Part shown: one piece after another, positions 29,583-39,518 of the stretch
Position numbering within the stretch: position 1 is the stretch's first letter
Layout: each line of letters opens with the position of its first letter
Assembly (NCBI GenBank): GCA_017615615.1
Contig: JAFZZW010000088.1
Location: forward strand, 395-64,394
From: Bacteroidales bacterium
GTDB taxonomy: Bacteria; Bacteroidota; Bacteroidia; Bacteroidales; UBA932
Direction: 5' to 3'
DNA: 64,000 nt
Notes under the pieces: model-generated
What the model saw: the letters and a program-made list of their open reading frames with translations, nothing else
Told to the model about the DNA's origin: nothing
Databases searched by the model: none
Program-made: the position numbers and the translations under genes

Positions 29583-29779
29583 ATATTCTTGACTTTTATT
29601 GTCTGACCATCTTTGAGTGGGGCGTCGGAGCCGATGGAGTGGCCGGCGGCGTCCTGACACTCAGCAGTTTCTATGAGTTTGACATCCATTTTGCGCAGCA
29701 CCAGATAGCGGAGGACTGCGTCGCGGACCCTGGCTCCATCGAAGATATCCACGGTACGCCTGTTGACTTTGACTTTCAT
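29579..29779 (-). CDS. Small hypothetical protein (beta-grasp/ThiS-like appearance)
   Basis: MKVKVN...IFDGARVRDAV...DAPLKDGQTIKVK; overlaps nucleotidase start. Confidence 0.65.
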   Translation of the reverse strand: MKVKVNRRTVDIFDGARVRDAVLRYLVLRKMDVKLIETAECQDAAGHSIGSDAPLKDGQTIKVKNI

Positions 29780-29849
29780 GCCCTGTGGTTGTTGGTTTCG
29801 GCAAATGTACGAAACTTCGGTCTCAAACGCAACAGGGGAGGGGATGGAT

Positions 29850-30926
29850 TCACTTCCAAAGAGGTATGCCCTCGCCGCGCCTCAGGGAACGGATAAGGCC
29901 TGTCCAGTCATAGAAAACGCTGTAGGAATGGATGAACAGCACAAGCAGCGCGGCGGCGGCCCACCAGGGCAGGAGCAGGAAAAACACCACCGCCCAAATG
30001 ATGAGGAACAACGGCGTTCCAATCATCTTGACGCCGAAGCGGGCCGTGTTCTGGAATGCCGGATCCTTTATCTTCCAGCGGCACAGGCACTCTGCGGGCA
30101 CCCACATGGGAAGGGACAGGACGGCGCATATGGCGAACAGGGGAAATCCGATTATGGCCTGCAGGATCCTCCAGAACTTGGGACGGAGCATTTTAGCGGC
30201 CGTTACCTCGGCCAGGCGGTCTTCATACTTGTCGTCATCCGGGAGGAAGAAGATCAACTCCGACAGTTTATCGTACAGCAGCTGCTGCAGGCAGGCGTCG
30301 CGGGCGCTTTCTGCGGTGCGGCCGTCGGTGTCGATCTCTCCTGCGGCGATGGATTCCGCCAGGGCATTTACATCTATGAGGGGGCCGTACCATACGCGGA
30401 CGACGCCCCTGTAGTGGAACCAGTCGCTGTAATCAAGGCCTACGGGCATGATGGCTGTAGGCCGCTGTGCAGCGCTGCGGAAAGCTATGCCGGCGACGCC
30501 CCTTCGCATCGGCTGCAGGGAATGCATGGTGCGATGACGGCCTTCGGGGAACAGACAGAACGGAATACCGTGCGCCAGGGCCTTGTCAATCTCTCCGAAT
30601 GTCTGGACGTTGCGTGCAACTTCCTCCGGCAGCTCGCGCTCGCGCCTGGCGAGAGGGACCATCTTGATGTTGTGGAAGAATCGCGCGAGGCCGGGACGGC
30701 GGAACACGTCTGCCCTCGCCCCGAAGACTATGCCGTCGGGGAACGGGAGCATTATCACCAGCGGGTCCATAAGGGTGTTGGTATGGTTGCTGGCGATGAC
30801 GACCGCCCCGTCGAAAGCCGGCGGAGGCCCCACAGTCTCTATCTTGCGGAAACTGAAACGAGTGCAGAAATCGATGTAGGGCCGGAATATCTTATAGACC
30901 CGGCTTTTCTCCCAAAGCTCAACCAT
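29850..30926 (-). CDS. PlsC-family glycerolipid acyltransferase
   Basis: NHTNTLMD (HX4D), FPEG, IMPVGL; C-terminal TM helices. Confidence 0.9.
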   Translation of the reverse strand: MVELWEKSRVYKIFRPYIDFCTRFSFRKIETVGPPPAFDGAVVIASNHTNTLMDPLVIMLPFPDGIVFGARADVFRRPGLARFFHNIKMVPLARRERELPEEVARNVQTFGEIDKALAHGIPFCLFPEGRHRTMHSLQPMRRGVAGIAFRSAAQRPTAIMPVGLDYSDWFHYRGVVRVWYGPLIDVNALAESIAAGEIDTDGRTAESARDACLQQLLYDKLSELIFFLPDDDKYEDRLAEVTAAKMLRPKFWRILQAIIGFPLFAICAVLSLPMWVPAECLCRWKIKDPAFQNTARFGVKMIGTPLFLIIWAVVFFLLLPWWAAAALLVLFIHSYSVFYDWTGLIRSLRRGEGIPLWK

Positions 30927-31581
30927 TGAACCAGCCGAGGCTCTTGCGGCAGAGGTCCGCGATGGCGTCCCAGTCGCCGCTGGCTATAAGTTCCTTGGGG
31001 AACAGTTTGGAACCCATGCCTACAGCGACCACGCCGCTTTTGGCCCATGCGCGGAGGTTGTCTTCCGTAGGCTCCACGGCGCCGGTGCACATTATCATGG
31101 CCCAGGGGAGAGGACCGAGAACGTTCTTGACGAACGAGGGGCCTCCTACGTTGCCGGCGGGAAAGACCTTTACCAGGTCACAGCCGAGCTCCTGTGCATG
31201 GACTATTTCGCTGACGGTGCCGCAGCCGGGCGAGTAGGGGATGCCGCGGCGGTTGGCGAGGCGGACGACTTCCTCCACCATGCAGGGGGAGACGAGGAAG
31301 TCGGCTCCCATCTGGATGTAGAGGGATGCAGTGCCGGCGTCGAGGATGGTGCCGGCGCCGAGGGCCATCTCAGGGCACTCCTTGCGCACGTAGGCGACAA
31401 GCTGCTCGAACACTTTGTGGGCACCGTCTCCGCGGTTGGTGAACTCGAAGGCGCGGATGCCTCCGTCGTAGCAGGCCTTGACGACCTTCTTGGAGAGCTC
31501 GACGTCGGCGTTGTAGAACACCGGAACTATTCCGGTCTTCCGGATGATACAGATCGTATCTATCTTGTTGAACTTGGACAT
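30919..31581 (-). CDS. eda: KDPG/KHG aldolase
   Basis: FEFTNR, GAGTILD, PGC.T.SE, VKVFPA; follows kdgK. Confidence 0.95.
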   Translation of the reverse strand: MSKFNKIDTICIIRKTGIVPVFYNADVELSKKVVKACYDGGIRAFEFTNRGDGAHKVFEQLVAYVRKECPEMALGAGTILDAGTASLYIQMGADFLVSPCMVEEVVRLANRRGIPYSPGCGTVSEIVHAQELGCDLVKVFPAGNVGGPSFVKNVLGPLPWAMIMCTGAVEPTEDNLRAWAKSGVVAVGMGSKLFPKELIASGDWDAIADLCRKSLGWFNG

Positions 31582-31584
31582 ATC

Positions 31585-32622
31585 CTACCTTGATACCCTG
31601 CCGCTGCCGCCGCCCTTCATGAGGGCCTCGACCTCGGCTGTCGTTACACGGTTGTAATCGCCGATGATGGTGTGCTTGAGCGCGGATGCCGCCGCGGCGA
31701 ATTCGATGGCCTCCTGGTCCGTGCCGTAGGTGAGCAGACCGTAGAGGAGCCCTCCCATGAAGGAGTCGCCGCCGCCTACGCGGTCCACTATGTGGGTAAT
31801 GTCGTAACGGCGGCTCTGCCAGAGTGTTTTGCCGTCGAACAGTACGCCGCCCCAGGTGTTGTGGTTGGCGTTGATGGAGCCGCGGAGGGTGATGGCCACC
31901 TTCTTGCAGCGGGGGAAGCGCTCCATGAGCTGGCGGCAGACGCTTTCGAAGCGGGTCTGGTCGATCTCTCCGCCGGTTTTCTCAGCGTCGAAGCCCTCGG
32001 GCTTGATGCCGAATTCCTTCTCGGCGTCTTCCTCGTTGCCGAGGATGAGGTCGCAGCCTTCCACGAGGGCCGGCATGACCTCGGCGGCGGTTTTGCCGTA
32101 TTGCCAGAGTTTCTTGCGGTAGTTGAGGTCGCAGCTGACCTTGACGCCCATCTCGTTGGCAGTCTTTATTGCCTCCAGGCATGCGTCTGCTGCACCCTGG
32201 GACAGGGCCGGCGTAATGCCTGTCCAGTGGAACCAGTCGGCGCCGTCAAGCACCTTTTTCCAGTCGACCATGCCGGGCTTGATGTCCGATACGGCAGAAT
32301 GGGCGCGGTCGTAAACCACTTTGCTCCCGCGTGCTACTGCACCGGTCTCCAGGTAATAGATGCCGATGCGCTCGCCGCCGTAAACTATGCCGGAAGTATC
32401 GACTCCGAGGCCGCGGAGTTCGGATATGCACATCTGTGCGATGTCATTCTTGGGGAGGCGGGTGACGAAGTGGGCGTCCACTCCGTAATTGGCGAGGGAT
32501 ACGGCAACGTTGGCCTCGCCGCCGCCGAATGTGGCGTCGAACTGGCGGGCCTGCGCGAAGCGGAGGTAGCCAGGGGTTGACAGGCGAAGCATCACTTCGC
32601 CGAAGGTTACTACTTTAGCCAT
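31585..32622 (-). CDS. kdgK: 2-keto-3-deoxygluconate kinase (PfkB family)
   Basis: FGEVMLRLS, GGGEANVA, DLNYR.KLW, DRVGGGDSF. Confidence 0.95.
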   Translation of the reverse strand: MAKVVTFGEVMLRLSTPGYLRFAQARQFDATFGGGEANVAVSLANYGVDAHFVTRLPKNDIAQMCISELRGLGVDTSGIVYGGERIGIYYLETGAVARGSKVVYDRAHSAVSDIKPGMVDWKKVLDGADWFHWTGITPALSQGAADACLEAIKTANEMGVKVSCDLNYRKKLWQYGKTAAEVMPALVEGCDLILGNEEDAEKEFGIKPEGFDAEKTGGEIDQTRFESVCRQLMERFPRCKKVAITLRGSINANHNTWGGVLFDGKTLWQSRRYDITHIVDRVGGGDSFMGGLLYGLLTYGTDQEAIEFAAAASALKHTIIGDYNRVTTAEVEALMKGGGSGRVSR

Positions 32623-33602
32623 ATGTTGTTACGGTTTGATGATTGTCTGATGTGGAGTTCCATCGGGATTACGGTGACGCCTTCCCGGCTCTCCAGGAAG
32701 GCGATGGCGGCTTCGCGACCCATGTCGTACGGACGCTGGCCGACGGAGCTGATGGAAGGGTTGGTAAGTTCGGTGAAGAACTCGTTCGCGGTGCCCACGA
32801 GGCCGAAGTCATCGGGAACGCTGATCCGGTGCTCGCGCAGTGCGTCAAGTGAACCGAGCGCGGCGTAGTCTCCTGCGCAGTACAGGGCGTCGCAGCCGGC
32901 GTCGATGGCCATGTGGCATGAGGCGTAGCCGGTCTCCCGGAAGATGGAATCGGGGAAGACGAGAGACTGGTCGTACGGGATGCCGTTGTCTTCCAGTGCC
33001 TTGCGGTATCCGCGGAGACGATCTGAATACACCTCGGTGTGAAGGTATCCGGCAAGGGTACCTATCCGTTTGTATCCGGAAAGGATGAGGTGGGTGGTGG
33101 CTTCATAAGCGCCCTCGAAGTTGGCGCCCACTATCTTGGCACCGGGGAGGTCGCGGAAGACGCGGTCGAACTGCACAAGGGGTATGCGCCCGAGGGCCGG
33201 CAGCACGTGACTGCTGTCCGTGGCCTCGATGCAGTGGGAGAAGAAAACTCCGGCGACGCGGTGCAGCCTCAGGGTGTGCAGGGCCTTGATTTCGGTGTCC
33301 AGTTCTTCATGCGTCTGGCAGATGATGGCGCGGTAGCCGGCCTGGCCGAGTATGGACTCGGCGCCGCTGATGAGGTTGGAGAAGAACTCCCGGTTGATAC
33401 GGGGGACTACGATGCCTACGATGTCCGACTTGCCGCGGCGCAGGTTGGATGCCAGCACGTTGCGCTCGTATCCCATGCGCTCTGCGGCCTCGAGAACCGC
33501 CTGGCGGGTTTCTTCCCTTACCCTGGGATTGCCGGCAAGGGCGCGGGACACGGTGGAAGGGGTGATGCCGAGGGCTTCTGCGATGTCTGTGATAGTCACC
33601 AT
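32610..33602 (-). CDS. LacI family regulator (probable hexuronate/KDG regulator)
   Basis: MVTITDIAEALGITPSTVSRAL HTH plus sugar-binding domain; divergent from kduD. Confidence 0.93.
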   Translation of the reverse strand: MVTITDIAEALGITPSTVSRALAGNPRVREETRQAVLEAAERMGYERNVLASNLRRGKSDIVGIVVPRINREFFSNLISGAESILGQAGYRAIICQTHEELDTEIKALHTLRLHRVAGVFFSHCIEATDSSHVLPALGRIPLVQFDRVFRDLPGAKIVGANFEGAYEATTHLILSGYKRIGTLAGYLHTEVYSDRLRGYRKALEDNGIPYDQSLVFPDSIFRETGYASCHMAIDAGCDALYCAGDYAALGSLDALREHRISVPDDFGLVGTANEFFTELTNPSISSVGQRPYDMGREAAIAFLESREGVTVIPMELHIRQSSNRNNIWLK

Positions 33603-33636
33603 AGGTATTCGCAAAGATAAAAAAAAATGAGAACCG

Positions 33637-33652
33637 ATGCAAACGTTTGCAT
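33637..33652. promoter_or_regulatory. LacI-type operator ATGCAAACGTTTGCAT
   Basis: Perfect 16-bp palindrome with central CG, between divergent TATCTTTG elements (about 33612-33619 minus; 33675-33682 plus). Confidence 0.8.
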
Positions 33653-33702
33653 GATATTTTTTCCGGATTTTTTTTATCTTTGTAAAACTTATCTTTTTAA
33701 CC

Positions 33703-34512
33703 ATGGAATCACACAATCCTTTTTCCCTTGAAGGCAAAAACGCCTGGATTACCGGAGCTTCTTACGGCATCGGTTTCAACATCGCCAAGGCTTTCGTAGC
33801 GGCCGGCGCCAAGAACATCATCTTCAACGACATCAATGAGGCCGCTCTCCAGCGCGGTCTGGACAATTACAAGGAGGCCGGAATCAAGAACGTTTACGGC
33901 TATGTCTGCGACGTTACCGACGAGGTCGCCGTCAAGGCTTTGGTTGATACCATCCACAAAGAGGTCGGCCAGATCGACATCCTGGTCAACAACGCCGGCA
34001 TAATCAAGCGCATCCCCATGCATGAGATGGAGCGCAGGGAGTTCCAGCAGGTGATTGACGTAGACCTTGTGGCTCCGTTCATCTGCTCCAGCGCAGTGCT
34101 TCCCGAGATGATGGAGCGCCGCGAGGGCAAGATCATCAATATCTGCTCCATGATGAGCGAACTCGGCCGCGAGACCGTGAGCGCCTATGCCGCTGCCAAG
34201 GGCGGCCTCAAGATGCTCACCCGCAACATCTGCTCCGAGTACGGCGAATACAACATCCAGTGCAACGGCATCGGCCCCGGCTACATCGCCACTCCCCAGA
34301 CGGCTCCGCTCCGCGAGCGTCAGCCCGACGGCAGCAGGCACCCGTTCGACAGCTTCATCTGCGCCAAGACCCCTGCAGGCCGCTGGCTTGATCCCAGCGA
34401 GCTCGGCGGCCCCGCCGTCTTCCTCGCCTCGCATGCATCTGACGCGGTGAACGGCCACATCCTCTACGTCGACGGCGGCATTCTCGCCTACATCGGCAAA
34501 CAGCCTAAATAG
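33703..34512 (+). CDS. kduD: Gluconate 5-dehydrogenase-family SDR, probable 2-dehydro-3-deoxy-D-gluconate 5-dehydrogenase
   Basis: TGASYGIG, NNAGII.R, YAAAKGG, NGIGPGY; context with kduI and kdgK. Confidence 0.85.
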   Translation: MESHNPFSLEGKNAWITGASYGIGFNIAKAFVAAGAKNIIFNDINEAALQRGLDNYKEAGIKNVYGYVCDVTDEVAVKALVDTIHKEVGQIDILVNNAGIIKRIPMHEMERREFQQVIDVDLVAPFICSSAVLPEMMERREGKIINICSMMSELGRETVSAYAAAKGGLKMLTRNICSEYGEYNIQCNGIGPGYIATPQTAPLRERQPDGSRHPFDSFICAKTPAGRWLDPSELGGPAVFLASHASDAVNGHILYVDGGILAYIGKQPK

Positions 34513-34522
34513 TTTATGTCGA

Positions 34523-34648
34523 TTCAGTTTTCAGGATACTGTTTCCGGAAACCCTACGCTTCGCTCCGCCCCTCCCACTTCGTGGGCCCCTCCCGTTCAT
34601 GGCCACGGGCGGCCAAAGGTTTCCGGAAACAGTATCCTGAAAATTGAA
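34523..34648 (+). repeat. Long-arm inverted-repeat element, copy 1
   Basis: 31-bp arms (34523-34553 / 34618-34648, one mismatch) around core CCCTCCCGTTCATGGCCACGGGCGGCC. Confidence 0.85.
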
Positions 34649-34659
34649 ACGGAAGAGTT

Positions 34660-36069
34660 ATGGAACAAGTATTCAGCTATATAATCGGTCTTGGTGCCGC
34701 GGTGATGATGCCGATCCTCTTTACGATCCTCGGCGTCTGTATAGGCATCAAGTTCGGAAAGGCCCTCAAGAGCGGCCTGCTTGTGGGCGTCGGATTCGTC
34801 GGCCTCAGCGTCGTTACGGCCCTGCTGACATCCAGCATGGGAGCTCCCCTTAAGACGATGACGGAGATCTACGACCTCCACCTCGGCATCTTCGACATGG
34901 GGTGGCCCGCAGCGGCTTCGGTCGCCTACAATACCACCGTCGGCGCTTTCATCATCCCCGTCTGCCTCGGCATCAACATCCTTCTGCTGCTTGTCAAGGC
35001 CACCAACACCATCAACATCGACCTCTGGAACTACTGGCATTACGCCTTCATCGGCGCCGTCGTGTTCTATGCCACCGACAGCATCTGGTACGGCTTCTTT
35101 GCCGCCGTCATCTGCTTTGTCATCACCCTCGTGATGGCCGACCTCACCACCCGCAAGTTCCAGCAGTATTACAAGGATCTGGACGGCATCAGCATACCCC
35201 AGCCTTTCTGCCAGAGCTTCGTGCCGTTCGCGGAGGGTCTCAACTGGTGCATGGACCGCATTCCCGGTTTCAACAAGCTCGATATCGACGCCGACGGCCT
35301 CAAGAAGAAGTTCGGCGTTCTCGGCGAGCCCCTGTTCCTTGGAGTCATAGTCGGCATCCTCATAGGCTGCCTGAGCTGCGGCAGCTGGGGCGAGCTCGTG
35401 CAGAATATTCCCATGATCCTCGGCCTCGGTATCAAGATGGGTGCCGTAATGGAACTCATCCCGCGTATCACCGGCCTCTTCATCGAGGGCCTCAAGCCCA
35501 TAGCGGAAGCCACCAAGGATCTGGTAAGCCGCAAGTTCAAGAACTCCGCCGGCATCAACATCGGCATGAGCCCCGCGCTCGTAATCGGGCATCCCACCAC
35601 GCTTGTGGTCAGCCTGCTGCTCATCCCCGTCACCATCCTGCTTGCGGTGGTGCTTCCCGGCAACCAGTTCCTGCCTCTCGCGTCGCTCGCCGGCATGTTC
35701 TACGTGTTCCCGGCAGTGCTTCCCGTCACCAAGGGCAATGTCGTCAAGACCTTCATCATCGGGCTCGTGGCTTTGGTGGTCGGCCTGTACTTCGTAACAG
35801 ACCTCGCGCCCTGGTTCACCCAGGCGGCGCAGGACGTTTACGCCCGCACAGGGGACGCAGCCGTCGCCATTCCGGAGGGCTTCCAGGGCGGTTCGCTGGA
35901 CTTCGCCTCCAGCATCTTCTCCTGGGTTATCTTCCACCTTGTCCATGACTTCAAGATCATCGGCAGCGCGGTGCTGGTCATCGGCACGACGGTTCTCGCC
36001 ATTTTCAACCGTCGCAGAATAATCAAGGCCGGCGTTGCTTCAGGAGATATCCAGACAAGCACGAAATGA
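34660..36069 (+). CDS. GatC-like (PTS galactitol EIIC family) permease, no EIIA/EIIB nearby
   Basis: [52 protein letters not shown]. Confidence 0.88.
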   Translation: MEQVFSYIIGLGAAVMMPILFTILGVCIGIKFGKALKSGLLVGVGFVGLSVVTALLTSSMGAPLKTMTEIYDLHLGIFDMGWPAAASVAYNTTVGAFIIPVCLGINILLLLVKATNTINIDLWNYWHYAFIGAVVFYATDSIWYGFFAAVICFVITLVMADLTTRKFQQYYKDLDGISIPQPFCQSFVPFAEGLNWCMDRIPGFNKLDIDADGLKKKFGVLGEPLFLGVIVGILIGCLSCGSWGELVQNIPMILGLGIKMGAVMELIPRITGLFIEGLKPIAEATKDLVSRKFKNSAGINIGMSPALVIGHPTTLVVSLLLIPVTILLAVVLPGNQFLPLASLAGMFYVFPAVLPVTKGNVVKTFIIGLVALVVGLYFVTDLAPWFTQAAQDVYARTGDAAVAIPEGFQGGSLDFASSIFSWVIFHLVHDFKIIGSAVLVIGTTVLAIFNRRRIIKAGVASGDIQTSTK

Positions 36070-36076
36070 TAAGATT

Positions 36077-36997
36077 ATGAAAAGAATAATAACCATTGCA
36101 GCATTGTTGCTAAGCACTATCGCTATGAGCGCACAGACCAAGTACACCGTTCAGACGGCCTGCCATCCCGAGGACGTCAAGCATTACGACACAGAAACCA
36201 TCCGTGCCCGTTTCATGATGCCTGAGGTAATGGTGGCCGACCAGATCACCCTTACCTATTCACTTTACGACCGTTTCATCTTCGGAGGCGCAGTGCCTGC
36301 ATCCAAGCCCCTCAAGCTGGAGACCATCGATCCACTTAAGGCTTCATACTTCCTTGAGCGCCGCGAACTCGGCGTCATCAACGTAGGCGGCGAGGGCATA
36401 GTCAAAGTCGGATGCAAGGATTATGTCCTCAAATTCAAGGATGCGTTGTACGTCGGCCGCGGCAACGAAGACGTCGTCTTCATCAGCAAGGACCCGGCAA
36501 ATCCGGCCAAATTTTACATCAACTCCGCAACGGCCCACAAAGCATACAAGACACAGCTCGTCACCATCGATGGACGCAAGGGCTCGATCAAGGCAAATTC
36601 CTTTGCAGCAGGCAAAATGGAAGATTCCAACGACCGCGTCATCAACCAGCTCATAGTCAATAACGTGCTGGAAGAGGGCCCCTGCCAGCTGCAGATGGGC
36701 CTTACCGAGCTCAAGCCCGGCAGCGTCTGGAACACCATGCCTGCGCATACTCATGCCCGCCGTATCGAGGCTTATTTCTATTTCAACGTCACTCCCGGCA
36801 ACATGATCTGCCATTTCATGGGTGAGCCCCGGCAGGAAAGGATTGTATGGCTCGCCAACGAGCAGGCCATAATGAGCCCCGAGTGGAGCATCCACGCCGC
36901 CGCCGGCACCTCCAACTACATGTTCATCTGGGGCATGGCAGGGGAGAACCTCGACTACGGCGACATGGACAAGATAGCATACACCGAGATGCGATGA
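36077..36997 (+). CDS. kduI: 5-dehydro-4-deoxy-D-glucuronate isomerase with N-terminal signal peptide
   Basis: [52 protein letters not shown]; starts [20 protein letters not shown]. Confidence 0.95.
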   Translation: MKRIITIAALLLSTIAMSAQTKYTVQTACHPEDVKHYDTETIRARFMMPEVMVADQITLTYSLYDRFIFGGAVPASKPLKLETIDPLKASYFLERRELGVINVGGEGIVKVGCKDYVLKFKDALYVGRGNEDVVFISKDPANPAKFYINSATAHKAYKTQLVTIDGRKGSIKANSFAAGKMEDSNDRVINQLIVNNVLEEGPCQLQMGLTELKPGSVWNTMPAHTHARRIEAYFYFNVTPGNMICHFMGEPRQERIVWLANEQAIMSPEWSIHAAAGTSNYMFIWGMAGENLDYGDMDKIAYTEMR

Positions 36998-38358
36998 AAC
37001 TGCGGCTGACGGTATTCGCCGCCGCTTTGCTTGCCGCCGGTGCGGTTTCCGCCCAGCCGTACGATACGTACCGCGAGATCTATTCCCGGTCGGAACTTGC
37101 AAGCGGAGTGCATACGATGTATCCCACGGACCAGCCGGCCCCCAGGTCGGCTCCCGCGGGGTACAAGCCGTTTTATATCAGCCATATCGGAAGGCACGGC
37201 GCCAGATATCCCCTTGGCGAGACGGTTTATGAAGATATCCTCGAGGTATTTACCGATGCCGCTGCCCGGGGCCTCCTTACAGCTAAAGGAGAGGAGTTCC
37301 TCAAGGTTTATTCTGAGTTTTATCCTCTCGTGGCGCACCGGGAGGGAGAATTGACTTTCAAGGGGCAGGAGCAGCACCGGTATATTGTCCGCCGGATGTA
37401 TCGGGATTATCCCGGGGTGTTCGAGGGGCCCACTCGTGCCTGTGCAGTGGCTACTCATATCCACCGGGTCATTGCCAGCATGTACAGTTTTCTGGGCGAG
37501 GCCCGCGAATTGGATCCGGATTTCACATATACTGCAGATTACGGCATCTCATATCTGCCTGTATTGCTGCCCTCCGCCTCCGAATGCCCCGGCTTCGAGC
37601 CCCTTGGACCGTTCCCTGAGGATGTCCTGAAGATGTACGGAGAGTACTGCGGGAAGCTTGTGGACGTGCCGGGCATTCTTGGCCTCTGGTTCAAGGAAAC
37701 GGAGTCATTGGGCGTTGAACCGTATGACCTCCTTGCGGATCTGAATACCGTTTATTCTACATTCACCAACCTTGATGCAGAGGTCCCCGGGGCGCTGTGG
37801 GCGATGTTCTCTTTCGACGACCGCTACAGGCTCTGGGAATACGACAACTGCCGCTGGTATCTCATGTTCGGCCGTGCGCCCGGGGTGAAGAATTACACTT
37901 CGTACATGGGGAGCGTTGTGGGCGATGTCATCGGCAAGGCCTCTTCCGACTGGCAGGAGGGCATCGCATTGCGCCTGCGCTTTACTCACGACAGCACCAT
38001 AGCCTCGCTTCTCACGTATCTTGACGTGGATGGCATGGGAGCCGAGGTCTCCGATCCCGGACAAGTCAGGGATTACTGGCGCAATTTCGAAATCCCCATG
38101 GCCGCCAACCTCCAGTTCGTGTTCTTCCGGAGAGGCGACGGTCCGGCGGGTGACGGTATGGCGGTCGACGGTTCTGTGAACGGCAGTCTGGCGGGCGACG
38201 GTATGGCGGTCGACGGTTCTGCGAACGGCAGTCTGGCGGGCGACGCCGACGTTCTGCTCCAGGTCCTTCACAACGGCTTCGAGGCCACCCTCCCCCTGCC
38301 CGAAGCCAGTTCCGGCTTCTACCGCTGGAGCGACTTCGTCGACCGATATTCCCGGTAG
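36994..38358 (+). CDS. Histidine acid phosphatase family protein, exported
   Basis: [11 protein letters not shown] and FTHDS motifs; signal peptide ending AVSA-Q. Confidence 0.88.
   Translation: MKLRLTVFAAALLAAGAVSAQPYDTYREIYSRSELASGVHTMYPTDQPAPRSAPAGYKPFYISHIGRHGARYPLGETVYEDILEVFTDAAARGLLTAKGEEFLKVYSEFYPLVAHREGELTFKGQEQHRYIVRRMYRDYPGVFEGPTRACAVATHIHRVIASMYSFLGEARELDPDFTYTADYGISYLPVLLPSASECPGFEPLGPFPEDVLKMYGEYCGKLVDVPGILGLWFKETESLGVEPYDLLADLNTVYSTFTNLDAEVPGALWAMFSFDDRYRLWEYDNCRWYLMFGRAPGVKNYTSYMGSVVGDVIGKASSDWQEGIALRLRFTHDSTIASLLTYLDVDGMGAEVSDPGQVRDYWRNFEIPMAANLQFVFFRRGDGPAGDGMAVDGSVNGSLAGDGMAVDGSANGSLAGDADVLLQVLHNGFEATLPLPEASSGFYRWSDFVDRYSR
38145..38245 (+). repeat. In-frame 45-bp tandem duplication in the phosphatase
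   Basis: [10 protein letters not shown](V/A)NGSL x2 plus a partial third copy. Confidence 0.9.
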
Positions 38359-38414
38359 GAGCTTCGCTGCTGCCGTACTTCAACCTTTCTTCTTTGTTTT
38401 CTTCTTTCCAACCG

Positions 38415-38808
38415 CGAAGACAACGTGAGACCTTCCACATCGTCTTCGCGAACGGTTTTGCCGCCGTTCCGCTCCTTTTCCGCATGCGAAGACAACGTGA
38501 GACCTTCCACATCGTCTTCGCGAACGGTTTTGCCGCCGTTCCGCTCCTTTTCCGCATGCGAAGACAACGTGGCGCTCCCCACATCGTCCTCGCGAAGGGT
38601 TTTGCTGCCGTTCCGCTCCTTTTCTGCGCACGAAGACAACGTGAGACTCGCCACATCGTCCTCGCGAGCAGTTTTGCCACCGTTCCGCTCCTTTTCTGCG
38701 TGCGAAGACAACGTGAGACCTTCCACATCGTCCTCGCGAAGGGTTTTGCCGCCGTTCCGCTCCTTTTCTGCGCACGAAGACAACGTGGGCCCCTCCACAT
38801 CGTCCTCG
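38415..38808. repeat. Array B: six 34-bp hairpin repeats, 72-bp period
   Basis: Repeats at 38415, 38487, 38559, 38631, 38703, 38775; 38-bp linkers unrelated to those of array A. Confidence 0.95.
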
Positions 38809-39002
38809 GGCAAAGGTGGAAAAACAGTTAGCTTTTTTCAACTTTGATAATGTAATAAACGCCCTCCCACAGCAGCCAGAGGGCTTTTCTGCACTTAAGT
38901 GTTTCTTTTCAGGAGGAAACGGATAATAATACCTACCTTGCAACCTGAATCAGTTGCCTGAAACTGACCTGTAATTACAATTATTATTTAACCAAAACTG
39001 CT

Positions 39003-39392
39003 ATGGCCTACAACCGTACAACCTGTTTTCTTCCGATGGAAGAATACAACCGTATCAAAAGCCAGTACTCAAAGTTCAACGAACCCTGGCAATCTTCCGA
39101 AGTTGATGAACTGAAAACAATGGCTGCCGACAATGTCCCGGTAGGGGACATCGCAATGCAGCTTCAACGCACTCCCAACTCCGTTAAAATGAAACTGAAA
39201 TCTCTTGGGCTGTACACCGCCAAGCCGGCGTCAAAGCCCTGGAGCAATGACGACGAAGCTAAGCTTGTCCAACTGTACAACAACGACGTCCCGTTTGAGG
39301 ATATGGCGCAGGAGTTCGGCCGGAGCGTTGGCGCAATCATCTCCCGCCTTGTTCAACTCAGAGTCAAACTATTCAATCAGCAGCAACAATGA
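39003..39392 (+). CDS. Small protein with two Myb/HTH-like repeats
   Basis: PWQSSEVDELK...IAMQLQRTPNSVKMKL and PWSNDDEAKL...MAQEFGRSVGAIISRL. Confidence 0.8.
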   Translation: MAYNRTTCFLPMEEYNRIKSQYSKFNEPWQSSEVDELKTMAADNVPVGDIAMQLQRTPNSVKMKLKSLGLYTAKPASKPWSNDDEAKLVQLYNNDVPFEDMAQEFGRSVGAIISRLVQLRVKLFNQQQQ

Positions 39393-39518
39393 AGAGAGTA
39401 CTCGAGGTTCTCGACTATGGAGAAGGCGATCATCAGATCCCTCATCGTTGCCAATCTGGCCATATCCAACAACCGGAAGGAAATGATCTGGATGCTTGAC
39501 GAGGAAACCAGGTTCCTG

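Noticed and set aside
38066-38943. Repetitive ORFs over the arrays (REDDVEG..., also 11036-11662 and 41580-42654)
   Set aside because: A 72-bp period keeps several frames open on both strands; there are no credible starts, so these are treated as artefacts
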